Assembly (NCBI GenBank): GCA_021325475.1
Contig: JAJPHA010000058.1
Coordinates: 4,170 to 68,169 of the forward strand
Source: Rhodanobacteraceae bacterium
Lineage (GTDB): Bacteria; Pseudomonadota; Gammaproteobacteria; Xanthomonadales; Rhodanobacteraceae
Length of the DNA: 64,000 nucleotides
Direction: 5' to 3'
Shown: in pieces, positions 47,041 through 58,474 of the stretch
Position numbering within the stretch: the stretch's first letter is position 1
How the letters are laid out: each line of letters opens with the position of its first letter
Made by a program: the position numbers and the translations under genes
Notes under the pieces: model-generated
The model's input: only the letters and a program-made list of their open reading frames with translations
Told to the model about the DNA's origin: nothing
Database searches by the model: none

Positions 47041-47054
47041 CCCAAGCGGCGGCA

Positions 47055-48068
47055 TCACCGCAGCGCGTAGGACAACACCATCCCCACCCACAGCGCGAGA
47101 CCCACCCAGTTGTTGTTGCGGAACGCGGCGAAGCAGGCATCGCGCTCGCGTCGGCGCATGCTCCACAACTGCCAGCCGAACAGCAGTGCGGCGATGCCGA
47201 CGCCGGCGAAGTAGATGCCGTGCAGATGACCGCGCTGCGCCACCAGCGCCATGGCCAGCAGAAACGTGAGCATCAGGATGGCGAGGATCGGCAGATCGGC
47301 GTCGCCGAACAGGATCGCGGTGGACTTGATACCGACGCGGACGTCGTCGTCGCGATCGACCATCGCGTATTCGGTGTCGTAGATCGTGGCGAAGATCACG
47401 TTGGCGAGGAACAGCAGCCCGCACAGCGGCAGCGCGCTCCGGAACGACGCCCAATCGTCGCCCTTCACCGCGGCGAAGGCCATCGGTATCGACCAGCCGA
47501 AGGCGCAGCCGAGATACACCTGCGGCAGGTAGGTGTAGCGCTTCATGAACGGATAGGTCACGGCGAGGAACGCGCCGATCAGGGACAGCTCGATGGTCAG
47601 GCGGTTGGTGAGCAGCACCAGCAGGAAGGCGAGCGCGATGAGCGTGAAGAACACGCCGATCGCCTCGCGCACCGAGACCCGGCCGGCGGCGAGCGGCCGC
47701 TCGCGCGTGCGCCGGACCTCGGGATCGAGCTTGCGGTCGGCGAAGTCGTTGATGACGCAGCCGGCAGAGCGCATCAACCAGACGCCGAGGGTGAAGATGA
47801 CCAGCGTGCCGGGCGGCGGGAAATCCTGTGCCGCCAGCCACAGCGCCCACCAGGTCGGCCACAGCAGCAGCAGCGCGCCGACCGGGCGATCCATGCGCGC
47901 GAGCTTGGCGTATTCGAGCAGCCGTGCGCGTACCCGCGCCCAGTCGATGCGCGCCAGCCAACCGGGCGGCGGCAAGCGGGCATCGACTGTCGATTTCAGC
48001 CGCGCCGCTCGCGGGGGCGCGGTGGCCTTCGGCGGCGGCGATCGACGGGATGCGGAGCGTGGGCGCAT
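47055..48068 (-). CDS. ubiA: 4-hydroxybenzoate polyprenyltransferase
   Basis: It carries [21 protein letters not shown], the NDFADRKLD Asp-rich motif and a second D-rich motif, [13 protein letters not shown]. The start is uncertain (ATG 48068 or further downstream). Confidence 0.85.
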   Translation of the reverse strand: MRPRSASRRSPPPKATAPPRAARLKSTVDARLPPPGWLARIDWARVRARLLEYAKLARMDRPVGALLLLWPTWWALWLAAQDFPPPGTLVIFTLGVWLMRSAGCVINDFADRKLDPEVRRTRERPLAAGRVSVREAIGVFFTLIALAFLLVLLTNRLTIELSLIGAFLAVTYPFMKRYTYLPQVYLGCAFGWSIPMAFAAVKGDDWASFRSALPLCGLLFLANVIFATIYDTEYAMVDRDDDVRVGIKSTAILFGDADLPILAILMLTFLLAMALVAQRGHLHGIYFAGVGIAALLFGWQLWSMRRRERDACFAAFRNNNWVGLALWVGMVLSYALR

Positions 48069-48133
48069 GCCGCTAGTGTAGCGACTCGCGCCCGGCGTAT
48101 GCTCGGCGCCGGACCGCATTGTCGGAGGGGATC

Positions 48134-49777
48134 ATGCACACGCTCGTACCGTCCCGCTATTGGCCGTTCGCGCTGTGCCTGGCCGTGTGCGCGTTGTCAC
48201 TGGCGATGCTCGGGGACGGCGTGGCCTGGCGCTGGCTCGCCGCGGCGAGCGGTCTGCTCAGCCTGGTCGGCGTCATCGACCTCAGCCAGCGGCGCAGCAC
48301 CCTGCGGCGCAACTTCCCGGTGACCGCGCACATCCGCACCTTCTTCGAATTCTTCCGGCCGATGCTGCGCCAGTACGTCGTCGAGTCGGACACCGAGGAA
48401 GTGCCGTTCTCGCACGCGCAGCGCGCGGTGGTGTATCAGCGCGCCAAGAACGTGCTCGACAAGCGGCCGTTCGGCACCGAGCTCGATCTGTACGCGACGC
48501 AGTACGAATGGATCAACCATTCGCTGGCGCCGGCGCGGATCGACAGTCACGATTTCCGCATCGCGATCGGCGGGCCGCAATGCCGGCAGTCCTACTCGGC
48601 GAGCGTGTTCAACATCTCGGCGATGAGCTTCGGCGCGTTGTCGGCGAATGCGATCCGCGCGCTCAACGAGGGCGCGCGCCGCGGCCGCTTCTACCACGAC
48701 ACCGGCGAGGGTTCGATCTCGGTCTATCACCGCGAGCACGGCGGCGACCTGTGCTGGGAGATCGGTTCGGGCTATTTCGGCTGCCGCAATCCGGACGGCT
48801 CGTTCAGCGAGGAACGCTTTGTGGAAAATGCGATTTCTCCACAAGTGAAACTGATCGAGATCAAGCTCTCGCAGGGCGCCAAGCCGGGTCACGGCGGCGT
48901 GCTGCCGGCGGCGAAGGTCAGCCGCGAGATCGCCGCGACCCGCGGCGTGCCGATGGGGGTCGATTGCGTGTCGCCCGCGGCGCACAGCGCGTTCGCCACG
49001 CCGCTCGGCCTGCTCGAGTTCGTCGCCCGCCTGCGCGACAAGTCCGGCGGCAAGCCGACCGGCTTCAAGCTCGCGCTTGGCCATCCCTGGGAGTGGTTCG
49101 GCATCGCCAAGGCGATGCAGCAGAGCGGCATCTGGCCGGATTTCATCGTCGTCGACGGCGGCGAGGGCGGCACCGGCGCCGCGCCGCTGGAATTCACCGA
49201 TCACGTCGGCGCGCCGCTGCGCGAGGCGCTGTTGCTGGTCCACAATACCCTGGTCGGCCTCGGGCTGCGCGACAAGATCCGCATCGGCGCGAGCGGCAAG
49301 ATCATCACCGGCTTCGATCTGGCGCGCACCTTCGCGCTCGGCGCCGACTGGTGCAATGCCGCGCGCGGATTCATGTTCGCGCTCGGCTGCATCCAGTCGC
49401 AGAACTGCCACACCGACCGCTGTCCGACCGGCGTGGCGACGCAGGATCCCTCGCGCTGGCGCAAGCTCGACGTCGCCGACAAGGCCGAGCGGGTCAAGAT
49501 GTTCCACGAGAACACGCTCAAGGCGCTGAAGGAGCTGATCGCCGCGGCGGGGCTTGCCCATCCGAACGAGATCGGGCCGGAGCACGTGATCCGGCGCGTG
49601 TCCTCGACGGAGGTGCGCTCGCTCGCGTCGCTCTATCACTTCGTCAAGCCGGGCGAACTGCTCGGCGGCTTGCCGGACCACGCCGTGTTCCGCGTGTTCT
49701 GGCAGGCGGCGCGTGCCGATACCTTCGCGCCGCCGCACACGGTGCTCGAGCAGCATCACACCAAGGGCAGGATTTGA
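48134..49777 (+). CDS. FMN-binding glutamate synthase family protein (GltB domain-2-like) with an N-terminal membrane anchor
   Basis: GGAGGGG lies upstream of ATG 48134. The protein has two N-terminal TM segments, then ISAMSFGALS, LSQGAKPGHGG and VVDGGEGGTGAAP, which are typical motifs. Confidence 0.85.
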   Translation: MHTLVPSRYWPFALCLAVCALSLAMLGDGVAWRWLAAASGLLSLVGVIDLSQRRSTLRRNFPVTAHIRTFFEFFRPMLRQYVVESDTEEVPFSHAQRAVVYQRAKNVLDKRPFGTELDLYATQYEWINHSLAPARIDSHDFRIAIGGPQCRQSYSASVFNISAMSFGALSANAIRALNEGARRGRFYHDTGEGSISVYHREHGGDLCWEIGSGYFGCRNPDGSFSEERFVENAISPQVKLIEIKLSQGAKPGHGGVLPAAKVSREIAATRGVPMGVDCVSPAAHSAFATPLGLLEFVARLRDKSGGKPTGFKLALGHPWEWFGIAKAMQQSGIWPDFIVVDGGEGGTGAAPLEFTDHVGAPLREALLLVHNTLVGLGLRDKIRIGASGKIITGFDLARTFALGADWCNAARGFMFALGCIQSQNCHTDRCPTGVATQDPSRWRKLDVADKAERVKMFHENTLKALKELIAAAGLAHPNEIGPEHVIRRVSSTEVRSLASLYHFVKPGELLGGLPDHAVFRVFWQAARADTFAPPHTVLEQHHTKGRI

Positions 49778-49858
49778 TTGAATCTGGGGGCCCAAAGAGC
49801 CATGGCGGCGTGCGCCGATTCGTTCTCGAGGCGCAGAGAACAGAGGGGGTTGCGGGCG

Positions 49859-49892
49859 AAAAAAACCCCGGGCAGCTCGCATCTACCCGGGG
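49859..49892 (-). terminator. rho-independent terminator for the small minus-strand ORF
   Basis: On the minus strand the stem CCCCGGG pairs with CCCGGGG across a 13-nt loop and is followed by TTTTTTT. It lies 29 nt after the stop at 49921. Confidence 0.6.
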
Positions 49893-49920
49893 CGTAGGGA
49901 GGTTCGGTGGTCTGCGGCGA

Positions 49921-50118
49921 TCAGGCGGCGGACAGGCGACTCAAGGCCTCACTCACGCGCGCCAGGCGCTGCTCGAGCGGCGCGATGGCCTGCTGATCGT
50001 TCGCGGAGGCGTGGCTGCGGGCGTCCTCGAGCGCCATTTCCAGGCGGCCGAGTTCGATCATCAGGTCGTGACGAAGAAACAGCGGATTGAGACTCAAGGT
50101 GTCGACGACTGTGAGCAT
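49921..50118 (-). CDS. small (65 aa) helical hypothetical protein
   Basis: ATG 50118 is preceded by GGAGAG. A sigma-54-like promoter lies upstream and a terminator downstream. I recognise no family, and the call rests on signals only. Confidence 0.4.
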   Translation of the reverse strand: MLTVVDTLSLNPLFLRHDLMIELGRLEMALEDARSHASANDQQAIAPLEQRLARVSEALSRLSAA

Positions 50119-50152
50119 GGCACTCTCCGATTTGCGACCTCGTTCACAGTGA

Positions 50153-50168
50153 TGCAGAGTCCATGCCA
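50153..50168 (-). promoter_or_regulatory. sigma-54-type -24/-12 promoter candidate
   Basis: The minus strand reads TGGCATGGACTCTGCA, against the consensus TGGCACG-N4-TTGCW, with correct GG-N10-GC spacing. It lies about 35 nt upstream of ATG 50118. Confidence 0.35.
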
Positions 50169-50875
50169 ACGATCCGGATACGTCGATATCGCTGGATTTC
50201 CGCGGGTGTGGCGAGGGGCGTGACAGAAAGCGACAAAAATGGACGCGACGCGCAGGTAAGCGTTTTCCGGTCCATGACTGCGTTCACACTTCACTAACCG
50301 CCATTTGCGGTATGATGCGCGCGTCGAAACCGTCGGCCGCGAGGCACCGCCGCCGACGCGAATGGTCACTGGCGCCCGGCATACGGTCCTCTTGGATTCC
50401 CCCTGTTCCTAAGACCGCCGGGCGCCAGCCTCTTCCTGACTCCCCAAACTCCTCGCTGCGGCCTCCCGCCGGCGCGGCTCGTCCCCTGTAACGATGTCGG
50501 CGCAGGCTGCGCCCAAGCGCCGACGGGAGTGCAGGGAAATCTCAGCAGGGAACGTGCCAGCGGAAACCCGGCATTCGTATAATTGTGGAACCCGGTGACT
50601 GAAGGCGCCGGCCGCGAGTGCGGGCCACGGCCGAGCCTGGTCACCGACGTGGCCGCCGTGTGCAGCGAGCGAAGATGTCCATGAGTTTCCTGCAGTCATA
50701 CGATGTGATTGTCGTGGGTGGTGGGCGAGACGCGGTGGCCGCAGGCCACGCAGCCTGCCGGTGGCAGGCCGCGTGCGTCGAGCGCCCGAGGCAGGAGCCG
50801 AGGGCGGGGTGACTCGGCGAGACCGGGAGGGCCGAGCCTAGTCACCGACGTGGCCGCCGTGTGCAGCGAGCGAAG

Positions 50876-52759
<1,884 letters not shown>

Positions 52760-52772
52760 GCGGCGGCGCGCC

Positions 52773-53606
52773 TCAGCGCTTCGGCACGCGCGCGCTCGCC
52801 ATGGCGAACGCCTTGACGGCGTGATCGTACAGCGACTTCGCCTCCTGCGGCGTGACTTCGCCGAGCTGGCCGCTCGCCAGCTTTTCCTTCAGCACCAGTT
52901 GTCCGTTTTCGTCCCAGCCGACGCGGGTGACGGCGAACGGATGCGCATCCGGGTTGGCCGACTCCTCGCGCACCACCACCCACGGCTTGTCGTTCTGATA
53001 GGCCATCTTCAGCGAGATGCGGCCCTTGTCGTTGTCGAGATCGGTGATTTCGCGCACCAGGCGCACCTTGCCGTTGGAGGCGAACGCGTCCCAGGCGGTG
53101 GACGAGGTCTCGTCGGACGAGGTGCCGTTGAACTGCTTCATCGTGCCGATCTGCGCATAGGCCTGCTTGTAGGCATCGAACAGCTTTTCCGCCGGGGTGG
53201 GTTCCGGCGCCACGACGATCTGCACGCTCGAGGTGTGCGCGGGATTGGTCAGCACCGGATACTGCAGCACCGGCAGGTAGCGGCGCTCGCCGTCGATCAG
53301 CACCGCTTCCACCGCGTAGGTGCGCCGCGGGTCGATCTGCTTGGGATCGATCGGCATGTCGAACGGGATCGGCGGCCGGTTCGCGTTCGGGATCACGATC
53401 TGCGCCAGCGGGGTGGCGGTCTGCTGCACGTCGACGATGCGCAGTTCCACCCGCGCCTGATTGCTGAGTTCGCGCGGCTCGCGCAGCATCACCGTGCCGC
53501 GCACATTGGACGGAATCTGCGGCGCCGGCGGCGGCGGCGGCGGCGAGGAGGTGCAGCCGACGAGGGTGACGAGCGCCAGCAGCGCGGGAAGGATCGAGAG
53601 TCGCAT
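52773..53606 (-). CDS. lipoprotein with a YbaY/YscW-like N-terminal domain
   Basis: The lipobox is LVTLVGC, followed by a poly-Pro linker. VRGTVMLRE...RVELRIVDV...IPFDMPIDPKQIDPRRTYAVEAVL..YPVLT resembles YbaY-type lipoproteins. Confidence 0.6.
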   Translation of the reverse strand: MRLSILPALLALVTLVGCTSSPPPPPPAPQIPSNVRGTVMLREPRELSNQARVELRIVDVQQTATPLAQIVIPNANRPPIPFDMPIDPKQIDPRRTYAVEAVLIDGERRYLPVLQYPVLTNPAHTSSVQIVVAPEPTPAEKLFDAYKQAYAQIGTMKQFNGTSSDETSSTAWDAFASNGKVRLVREITDLDNDKGRISLKMAYQNDKPWVVVREESANPDAHPFAVTRVGWDENGQLVLKEKLASGQLGEVTPQEAKSLYDHAVKAFAMASARVPKR

Positions 53607-53970
53607 CGGGGTCTCCAGAATCGTGGGCGGTTCCGCGTCGTCGGGCGCCGCGGCCGGCGCGGTGATCGGGCGATGGCGGAGCCGACCGCGTTCGCCGAGC
53701 GCCTCATTTTAGCCGGTCGCGTCGCGATTGAAAGTACGATCACTCTCGTATAATGTGCGCCCCGGCACCTCCCGCCGGGCAAATTGACATGGTAGTTAAG
53801 GATTTGTTACGGTCGCCGCGCTGGCTGGCGCCGCAGGGGTGTGGGGGCGGGCCTGCGCGCGCGGTGGGTGCCGTCTCGTTCGCGACATCGGGTAACGCAT
53901 GACCACGCGATCGGCTGCCGGTGGGTGTGCCGCGGCCCTCGTTTCGGAGCGACTCAATTCGGAGCAGACC

Positions 53971-56835
53971 ATGAAGCAGAAGCTACTTGTTTCCTCGATT
54001 CTCATGGGCCTGGCGGCGGCGCTGCCGCTCGGTTCCTTGTACGCGCAGACCGCCGGCGATCAGACCACCGCTGGCAGCGCGAAGAAGGATGAAAAGCCGG
54101 AAAAACTGCCGACCGTGCCGGTCACCGGCTCGCTGATTCCGCAGGCGCAGGTCGAGAACGCCGCGCCGGTGATCACCATCACCACGCAGCAACTGGAAAA
54201 GCAGGGCTTCGGCACGGTCTATGACGCGCTGCGCGCGCAGCCGGTGGCCACCGGCGCGGTGCAGGACAACCAGTTCACGGGTGGCTTCACGCCGGGCGCG
54301 ACCACGATCAGCCTGCTCGGCCTCAATCCGGGCTACACCCTGATCCTGATCAACGGCCATCCGCTGGCCGAGTATCCGCTGCTGTACAACGGCTCGAGCA
54401 ACTTCGTCGATCTGACCGACATTCCGGTCGGCATGGTCGATCACATCGACATCCTGCCGGGCAACCAGTCCTCGATCTACGGTTCGGCCGCGATCGCGGG
54501 CGTCGTCAACATCATTCTCAAGGACCGCATCGACGGCTACGAGCTCAACCTGCGCGGCGGCGGGTACACCGGCGGCGGCGGTTCGAACCAGCGCGTCGAA
54601 TTCCTCGGCGGCAAGAGCTTCGGCGATCTCGACGTGAATTTCGGCCTGCAATACAGCAACCAGCAGCCGATCTGGGGTTACGACCGCACCATCACCAAGT
54701 CGCGCCTGGCCAACCCCGATCCAGAATTGCAATACGGCGCGCGCACCTTCCTGTGGTCGTTCCTCGATCCCGCGCACAATTTCCGCACCACCTACATCGA
54801 CCCCGGCCAGAGCACCTGCGCCGGCCTGTCGAACCTGTACGGCGGCACCACCGATTACGAGTTCCGCCCCGGCCGCGGCTACTACTGCGGCACGAAGTAC
54901 GACGTCGGCTACTCGACCATCCTCAACAAGAACCGGTCCGGGGTGGCCTACCTCAACTTCAAGTACAAGCTCAACGACAGCGCCGAACTCTACGGCAACG
55001 TGCTCTACAACGTCAGCACGATCCGGTTCAGTTCGGGTCCGTATTTCTGGCAGACCAACATCAACGGCGGCGGCCTGTTCATCGACGCCAACACCGGCAA
55101 TTTCGAGACCTTCCAGCACATCTACGCGCCGGAGGAAATCGGCAGCGCGGATCTCTATTCCGAGCATCAGTTGCTGCGCAGCTACAACCTGTTCGGCGGC
55201 GTGCGCGGCACGGTGGGCAACAACTGGGACTACGACGTCTACTACGCCCGCTCGCAGACCAACCTGACCGACAAGAACCACTGGCCGCTGGCCAAGGCGG
55301 TCGAGAACTTCTTCGAGAACCAGTTCCTCGGACCGAAGCTCGGCACGTACTACGGCTATCCGATCTACGCGCCGAATCCGGCCAATTTCTACAAGGCCAT
55401 CACCCCGGCGCAGTACGCGAGCTTCATCGGCCTCATCAACACCAAGTCGAACACCTGGACGCAGAACCTCAACATCCAGGTGAACAATACCGATCTGTTC
55501 TCGCTGCCGGCCGGTTCCGCCGGTTTCGCCGGCCTGATCCAGGTCGGCAACCAGACCTGGCAGAACCCGACCGATCCGCGCGTGATCGCCGGCGACTTCT
55601 ACGGCCTCACCGGCACCTCCGGCGGCGGCACGCGCAACAACTGGGCGTTCGCCGGCGAGCTGCGCCTGCCGATCACCAGCATGCTGACGGCGGATGCCTC
55701 GGCGCGCTACGACCACTACGGCAACCAGAGTGTCGGCGGCGGCGACAGCAAGGCGACGTACAAGCTCGGCCTCGAATTCCGGCCGTGGGAGTCGCTGCTG
55801 TTCCGCGGCAACTACGCCACCGCGTTCCGCGCGCCGGACATGGCCTACACCTTCGGCGGTCAGAGCGGCTTCTTCCAGAACGGCCTGACCGACTACTATC
55901 GCTGCGCCGTGCTGCAGCCGAACGTGCCGCTGCAGCAGTGCCAGTACTATGGCTCGACCCAGGTCTTCGGCATCCACACCGGCAATCCGGGACTGAAGTC
56001 GATCACGGCCAAGTCCTACGGCTTCGGCGCGGTCTGGTCGCCGACCTCCGACTTCGACGTCAAGGCGGATTACTACAACATCCGGATCAAGAACGAGGTC
56101 CAGATCCAGGACATCAACCAGTTGCTCAAGGACGAGGCCGCCTGCCGCCTCGGCCAGCTCGATCCGAACTCGCCGACCTGCCAGGCCGCGCTCGCGCAGG
56201 TGCAGCGCTCGCCGACCACCACCGGCCCGACCGCGTACCAGATCCAGCAGGTCACGGTGTTGCCGGTCAACGTGTCCAACGAGCGCGTCTCCGGCGTGCT
56301 GGCCTCGGTGCACTATCGCCACGACTTCGGCCGGTTCGGCTCGCTCGCCTTCGCCGGCAACTACAACGTGACGCTGAAGCACTCGTTCCAGCAGTTCCCG
56401 TTCGATCCGGTGATCGACCTCTTGCGCAACCCGTTCTACTCGAGCGAGTTCAAGACGATTGCCAATGCCTCGCTCACCTGGGACATCGACAAGTTCTCGA
56501 CCACGCTGTACGCGACGCGCTACGGCAAGACGCCGAACTACTTCGCCCAGACCAACTTGGACGGCTACGGCACCCCGTGCAGCAATGCGACGCCGAACTA
56601 CAAGGTCTGCCCGGGCACGGTGGCGCCGTGGATCCTCTACAACGCGAGCGTGAGCTACGACATCACCGACGACATGAAGATCAGCGGCATCGTCAACAAC
56701 GTCACCAACGCCAAGCCGCCGCGCGATTACACCTACACGGCGGTGCCGTACTACAACTTCCTCAACTACAACCCGTACGGGCGTTCGTTCTGGATCGAGT
56801 TCGACTGGAAGTTCGGCCGCGGCAGCCGCGAGTAA
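53971..56835 (+). CDS. TonB-dependent outer-membrane receptor (about 954 aa)
   Basis: It has a signal peptide, a plug domain (VPVTGSLIPQ...ITTQQLEKQGF..V.DALR, IDILPGNQSSIYGSAAIAGVVNIILK) and a long beta-barrel ending in WIEFDWKF plus 6 aa. Confidence 0.9.
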   Translation: MKQKLLVSSILMGLAAALPLGSLYAQTAGDQTTAGSAKKDEKPEKLPTVPVTGSLIPQAQVENAAPVITITTQQLEKQGFGTVYDALRAQPVATGAVQDNQFTGGFTPGATTISLLGLNPGYTLILINGHPLAEYPLLYNGSSNFVDLTDIPVGMVDHIDILPGNQSSIYGSAAIAGVVNIILKDRIDGYELNLRGGGYTGGGGSNQRVEFLGGKSFGDLDVNFGLQYSNQQPIWGYDRTITKSRLANPDPELQYGARTFLWSFLDPAHNFRTTYIDPGQSTCAGLSNLYGGTTDYEFRPGRGYYCGTKYDVGYSTILNKNRSGVAYLNFKYKLNDSAELYGNVLYNVSTIRFSSGPYFWQTNINGGGLFIDANTGNFETFQHIYAPEEIGSADLYSEHQLLRSYNLFGGVRGTVGNNWDYDVYYARSQTNLTDKNHWPLAKAVENFFENQFLGPKLGTYYGYPIYAPNPANFYKAITPAQYASFIGLINTKSNTWTQNLNIQVNNTDLFSLPAGSAGFAGLIQVGNQTWQNPTDPRVIAGDFYGLTGTSGGGTRNNWAFAGELRLPITSMLTADASARYDHYGNQSVGGGDSKATYKLGLEFRPWESLLFRGNYATAFRAPDMAYTFGGQSGFFQNGLTDYYRCAVLQPNVPLQQCQYYGSTQVFGIHTGNPGLKSITAKSYGFGAVWSPTSDFDVKADYYNIRIKNEVQIQDINQLLKDEAACRLGQLDPNSPTCQAALAQVQRSPTTTGPTAYQIQQVTVLPVNVSNERVSGVLASVHYRHDFGRFGSLAFAGNYNVTLKHSFQQFPFDPVIDLLRNPFYSSEFKTIANASLTWDIDKFSTTLYATRYGKTPNYFAQTNLDGYGTPCSNATPNYKVCPGTVAPWILYNASVSYDITDDMKISGIVNNVTNAKPPRDYTYTAVPYYNFLNYNPYGRSFWIEFDWKFGRGSRE

Positions 56836-56856
56836 GCGTTTCGAGAATCGGCAATC

Positions 56857-56889
56857 CGAGGGCCGGCGGCAACGCCGGCCCTCTTTTTT
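56857..56889 (+). terminator. strong rho-independent terminator after the TonB-dependent receptor gene
   Basis: GAGGGCCGGCG-GCAA-CGCCGGCCCTC forms an 11-bp stem and is followed by TTTTTTT. Confidence 0.8.
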
Positions 56890-56905
56890 TCCGGACCAGC
56901 GCGTC

Positions 56906-58474
56906 CTACGCGGCGTCGAACGCGGCGAGCTGGTCCCGCAGTGGTTGCAATTGGCGCTCGTAGCGCCGCCATGCGCCCTGGGCGCGCGCATGGATGCCCT
57001 GGCGTACCTGCGCGCTGGACAGCGTGTCCACGGCGGTCTTGTTGCGGTTGAGCTCCACGCAGGCCGGTTCGAACGGCAGCCCGCAATGCGCGAGCACGCG
57101 GCGCACCACAGGCTCGGGATCGGCCACGAGCTCCGCGTAAGGCACGTCGAGGATGCGTCCGGGCAGGACCTCGTGCCAGTGCCGCATCAAGCGCCGGTAC
57201 TGGGCGTAGTGCGCGGCGAGCGTGTCGAGCTGGTAGCTGTACGGATAGGAATCGCCGAACAGCGCCTTGTAGTTGGAGAAGCACACGTCCATCGGCTCGC
57301 GCACCAGGTGCAGGATCGGCGCCTGCGGCAGGGCGCGGTGAATGAGACCGGCGAGCAGGAAGTTCGGCGGCAGCTTGTCGACGTAGAACGCCCTGCCCTG
57401 CGCGCGCCACTGGGTCTGTGCGAGGTACCGACGGCCAAGCTCGGCGTAATCGACCTCGTTGAGCCGCGCGACGAGCCGTTCGTCGATGAGCTCGTGGCCG
57501 TGGCAGTCCGCGGCCCAGCGCAACTGGCGCGGGAACTCGCTGCGCTCGCCGGTCGAGATCACCTGGGAATGGTTGTCGAGGATGCGGTCGATGAGGGTCG
57601 TGCCGCTGCGCGGCAGACCGATGACGAAGATCGGCATGGGGCCGGCGGGCGCGGTTGGCGCCGGTTGCAGGGCGGCGGCCGGCGTGGCGGCGATCAGGGC
57701 GTCGATCAGCGCGCGTTCGCGCGCACTGTCATGCGCGAGGCGCGCGTGCATGATGGCGTTGCCGCGTTCGAGCGCGGCGAACGCGGCGGCGTAGTCGCCG
57801 AGATCCTCGAGAATCTCGAACTGCGCGAACTCGAGTGCGGCGTGATCCTCGCTGCCCTGCACGACCCTGCCGAGCTGCTCGCGCACCCAGGCGAGATGAT
57901 TCGACCCGGGCGTCTGCCGGCGCATGCGCGCGAGCGTCAGCGCCGCGCGGCCGTAGCTCGGGCCGAGCGCGAGACAGGCTTCGAGTTCCTGCTGCGCTTC
58001 GTCCAGTCGCCCGTTGAACTGCAATTGCAGGCCACGGAAATAGCGGAAATCCGCATTGTCGAACCCGCAGGCGCGGGCACGATCCATCAACGCCAGCGCC
58101 TGGCGGTGGTCGCCGAGCATCTGGAAGGCGTGCGCCAGCGCGGTCAGCGCCGCGCCGTCGCGGGTGCGGCCGGCGTCGTAGCGCTGCAGCAACTCGCGCG
58201 CGGCGACGGTCTCGCCGAGGCGCAGCAGACAATGCGCGGTGGTGCTCACGGCGTGCGCGTCGTCGGCCAGCGTCCGCGACGCGGCGATGGCGTGCGTGGC
58301 CGCCTCGCGCACGCGGCCTTCGCTCAGGATCGTGCTCGCCAGCAGCATGCGCGCGTCGCTGCGCGCCGGATCGCGCGCGAGCAGCGCCTCCAGCGCGATG
58401 CGCGCGGCGGTGATCTGGTTTTCGGCGATGTAGCGCTGCGCGCGCAGCCAGAGACGGTCGACGCTCGCGTTCAT
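56906..58474 (-). CDS. TPR-repeat-containing sulfotransferase family protein
   Basis: The N-terminal about 270 aa are TPR-like. GLPRSGTTLIDRIL (a 5-prime-PSB P-loop-like motif) and a sulfotransferase-like C-terminal half follow. The ATG abuts the glyS stop (TGAATG). Confidence 0.75.
   Translation of the reverse strand: MNASVDRLWLRAQRYIAENQITAARIALEALLARDPARSDARMLLASTILSEGRVREAATHAIAASRTLADDAHAVSTTAHCLLRLGETVAARELLQRYDAGRTRDGAALTALAHAFQMLGDHRQALALMDRARACGFDNADFRYFRGLQLQFNGRLDEAQQELEACLALGPSYGRAALTLARMRRQTPGSNHLAWVREQLGRVVQGSEDHAALEFAQFEILEDLGDYAAAFAALERGNAIMHARLAHDSARERALIDALIAATPAAALQPAPTAPAGPMPIFVIGLPRSGTTLIDRILDNHSQVISTGERSEFPRQLRWAADCHGHELIDERLVARLNEVDYAELGRRYLAQTQWRAQGRAFYVDKLPPNFLLAGLIHRALPQAPILHLVREPMDVCFSNYKALFGDSYPYSYQLDTLAAHYAQYRRLMRHWHEVLPGRILDVPYAELVADPEPVVRRVLAHCGLPFEPACVELNRNKTAVDTLSSAQVRQGIHARAQGAWRRYERQLQPLRDQLAAFDAA

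Noticed and set aside
50618-50812. 64-aa ORF beginning like MnmG
   Set aside because: It is the duplicated mnmG 5' end running into the hairpin spacer. It is reported as a decoy or scar, not as a gene.
50170-50875. Possible replication origin next to mnmG (gidA), as in enterobacteria
   Set aside because: The region has no AT-rich unwinding element and no cluster of TTATCCACA-type boxes, only one weak GGTTCCACA near 50586. The DnaA-box-like words in this window are dispersed inside genes, not clustered here.
53755-53970. Possible cobalamin or TPP riboswitch in the about 210-nt leader of the TonB-dependent receptor
   Set aside because: I could not find the conserved cores (a B12 box with the AGGGAA...GGTG context, or the CTGAGA...ACCCTT..GAACCTGATC TPP core). 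Only a short GC hairpin (53760-53780) and a TATAAT at 53749 are evident.
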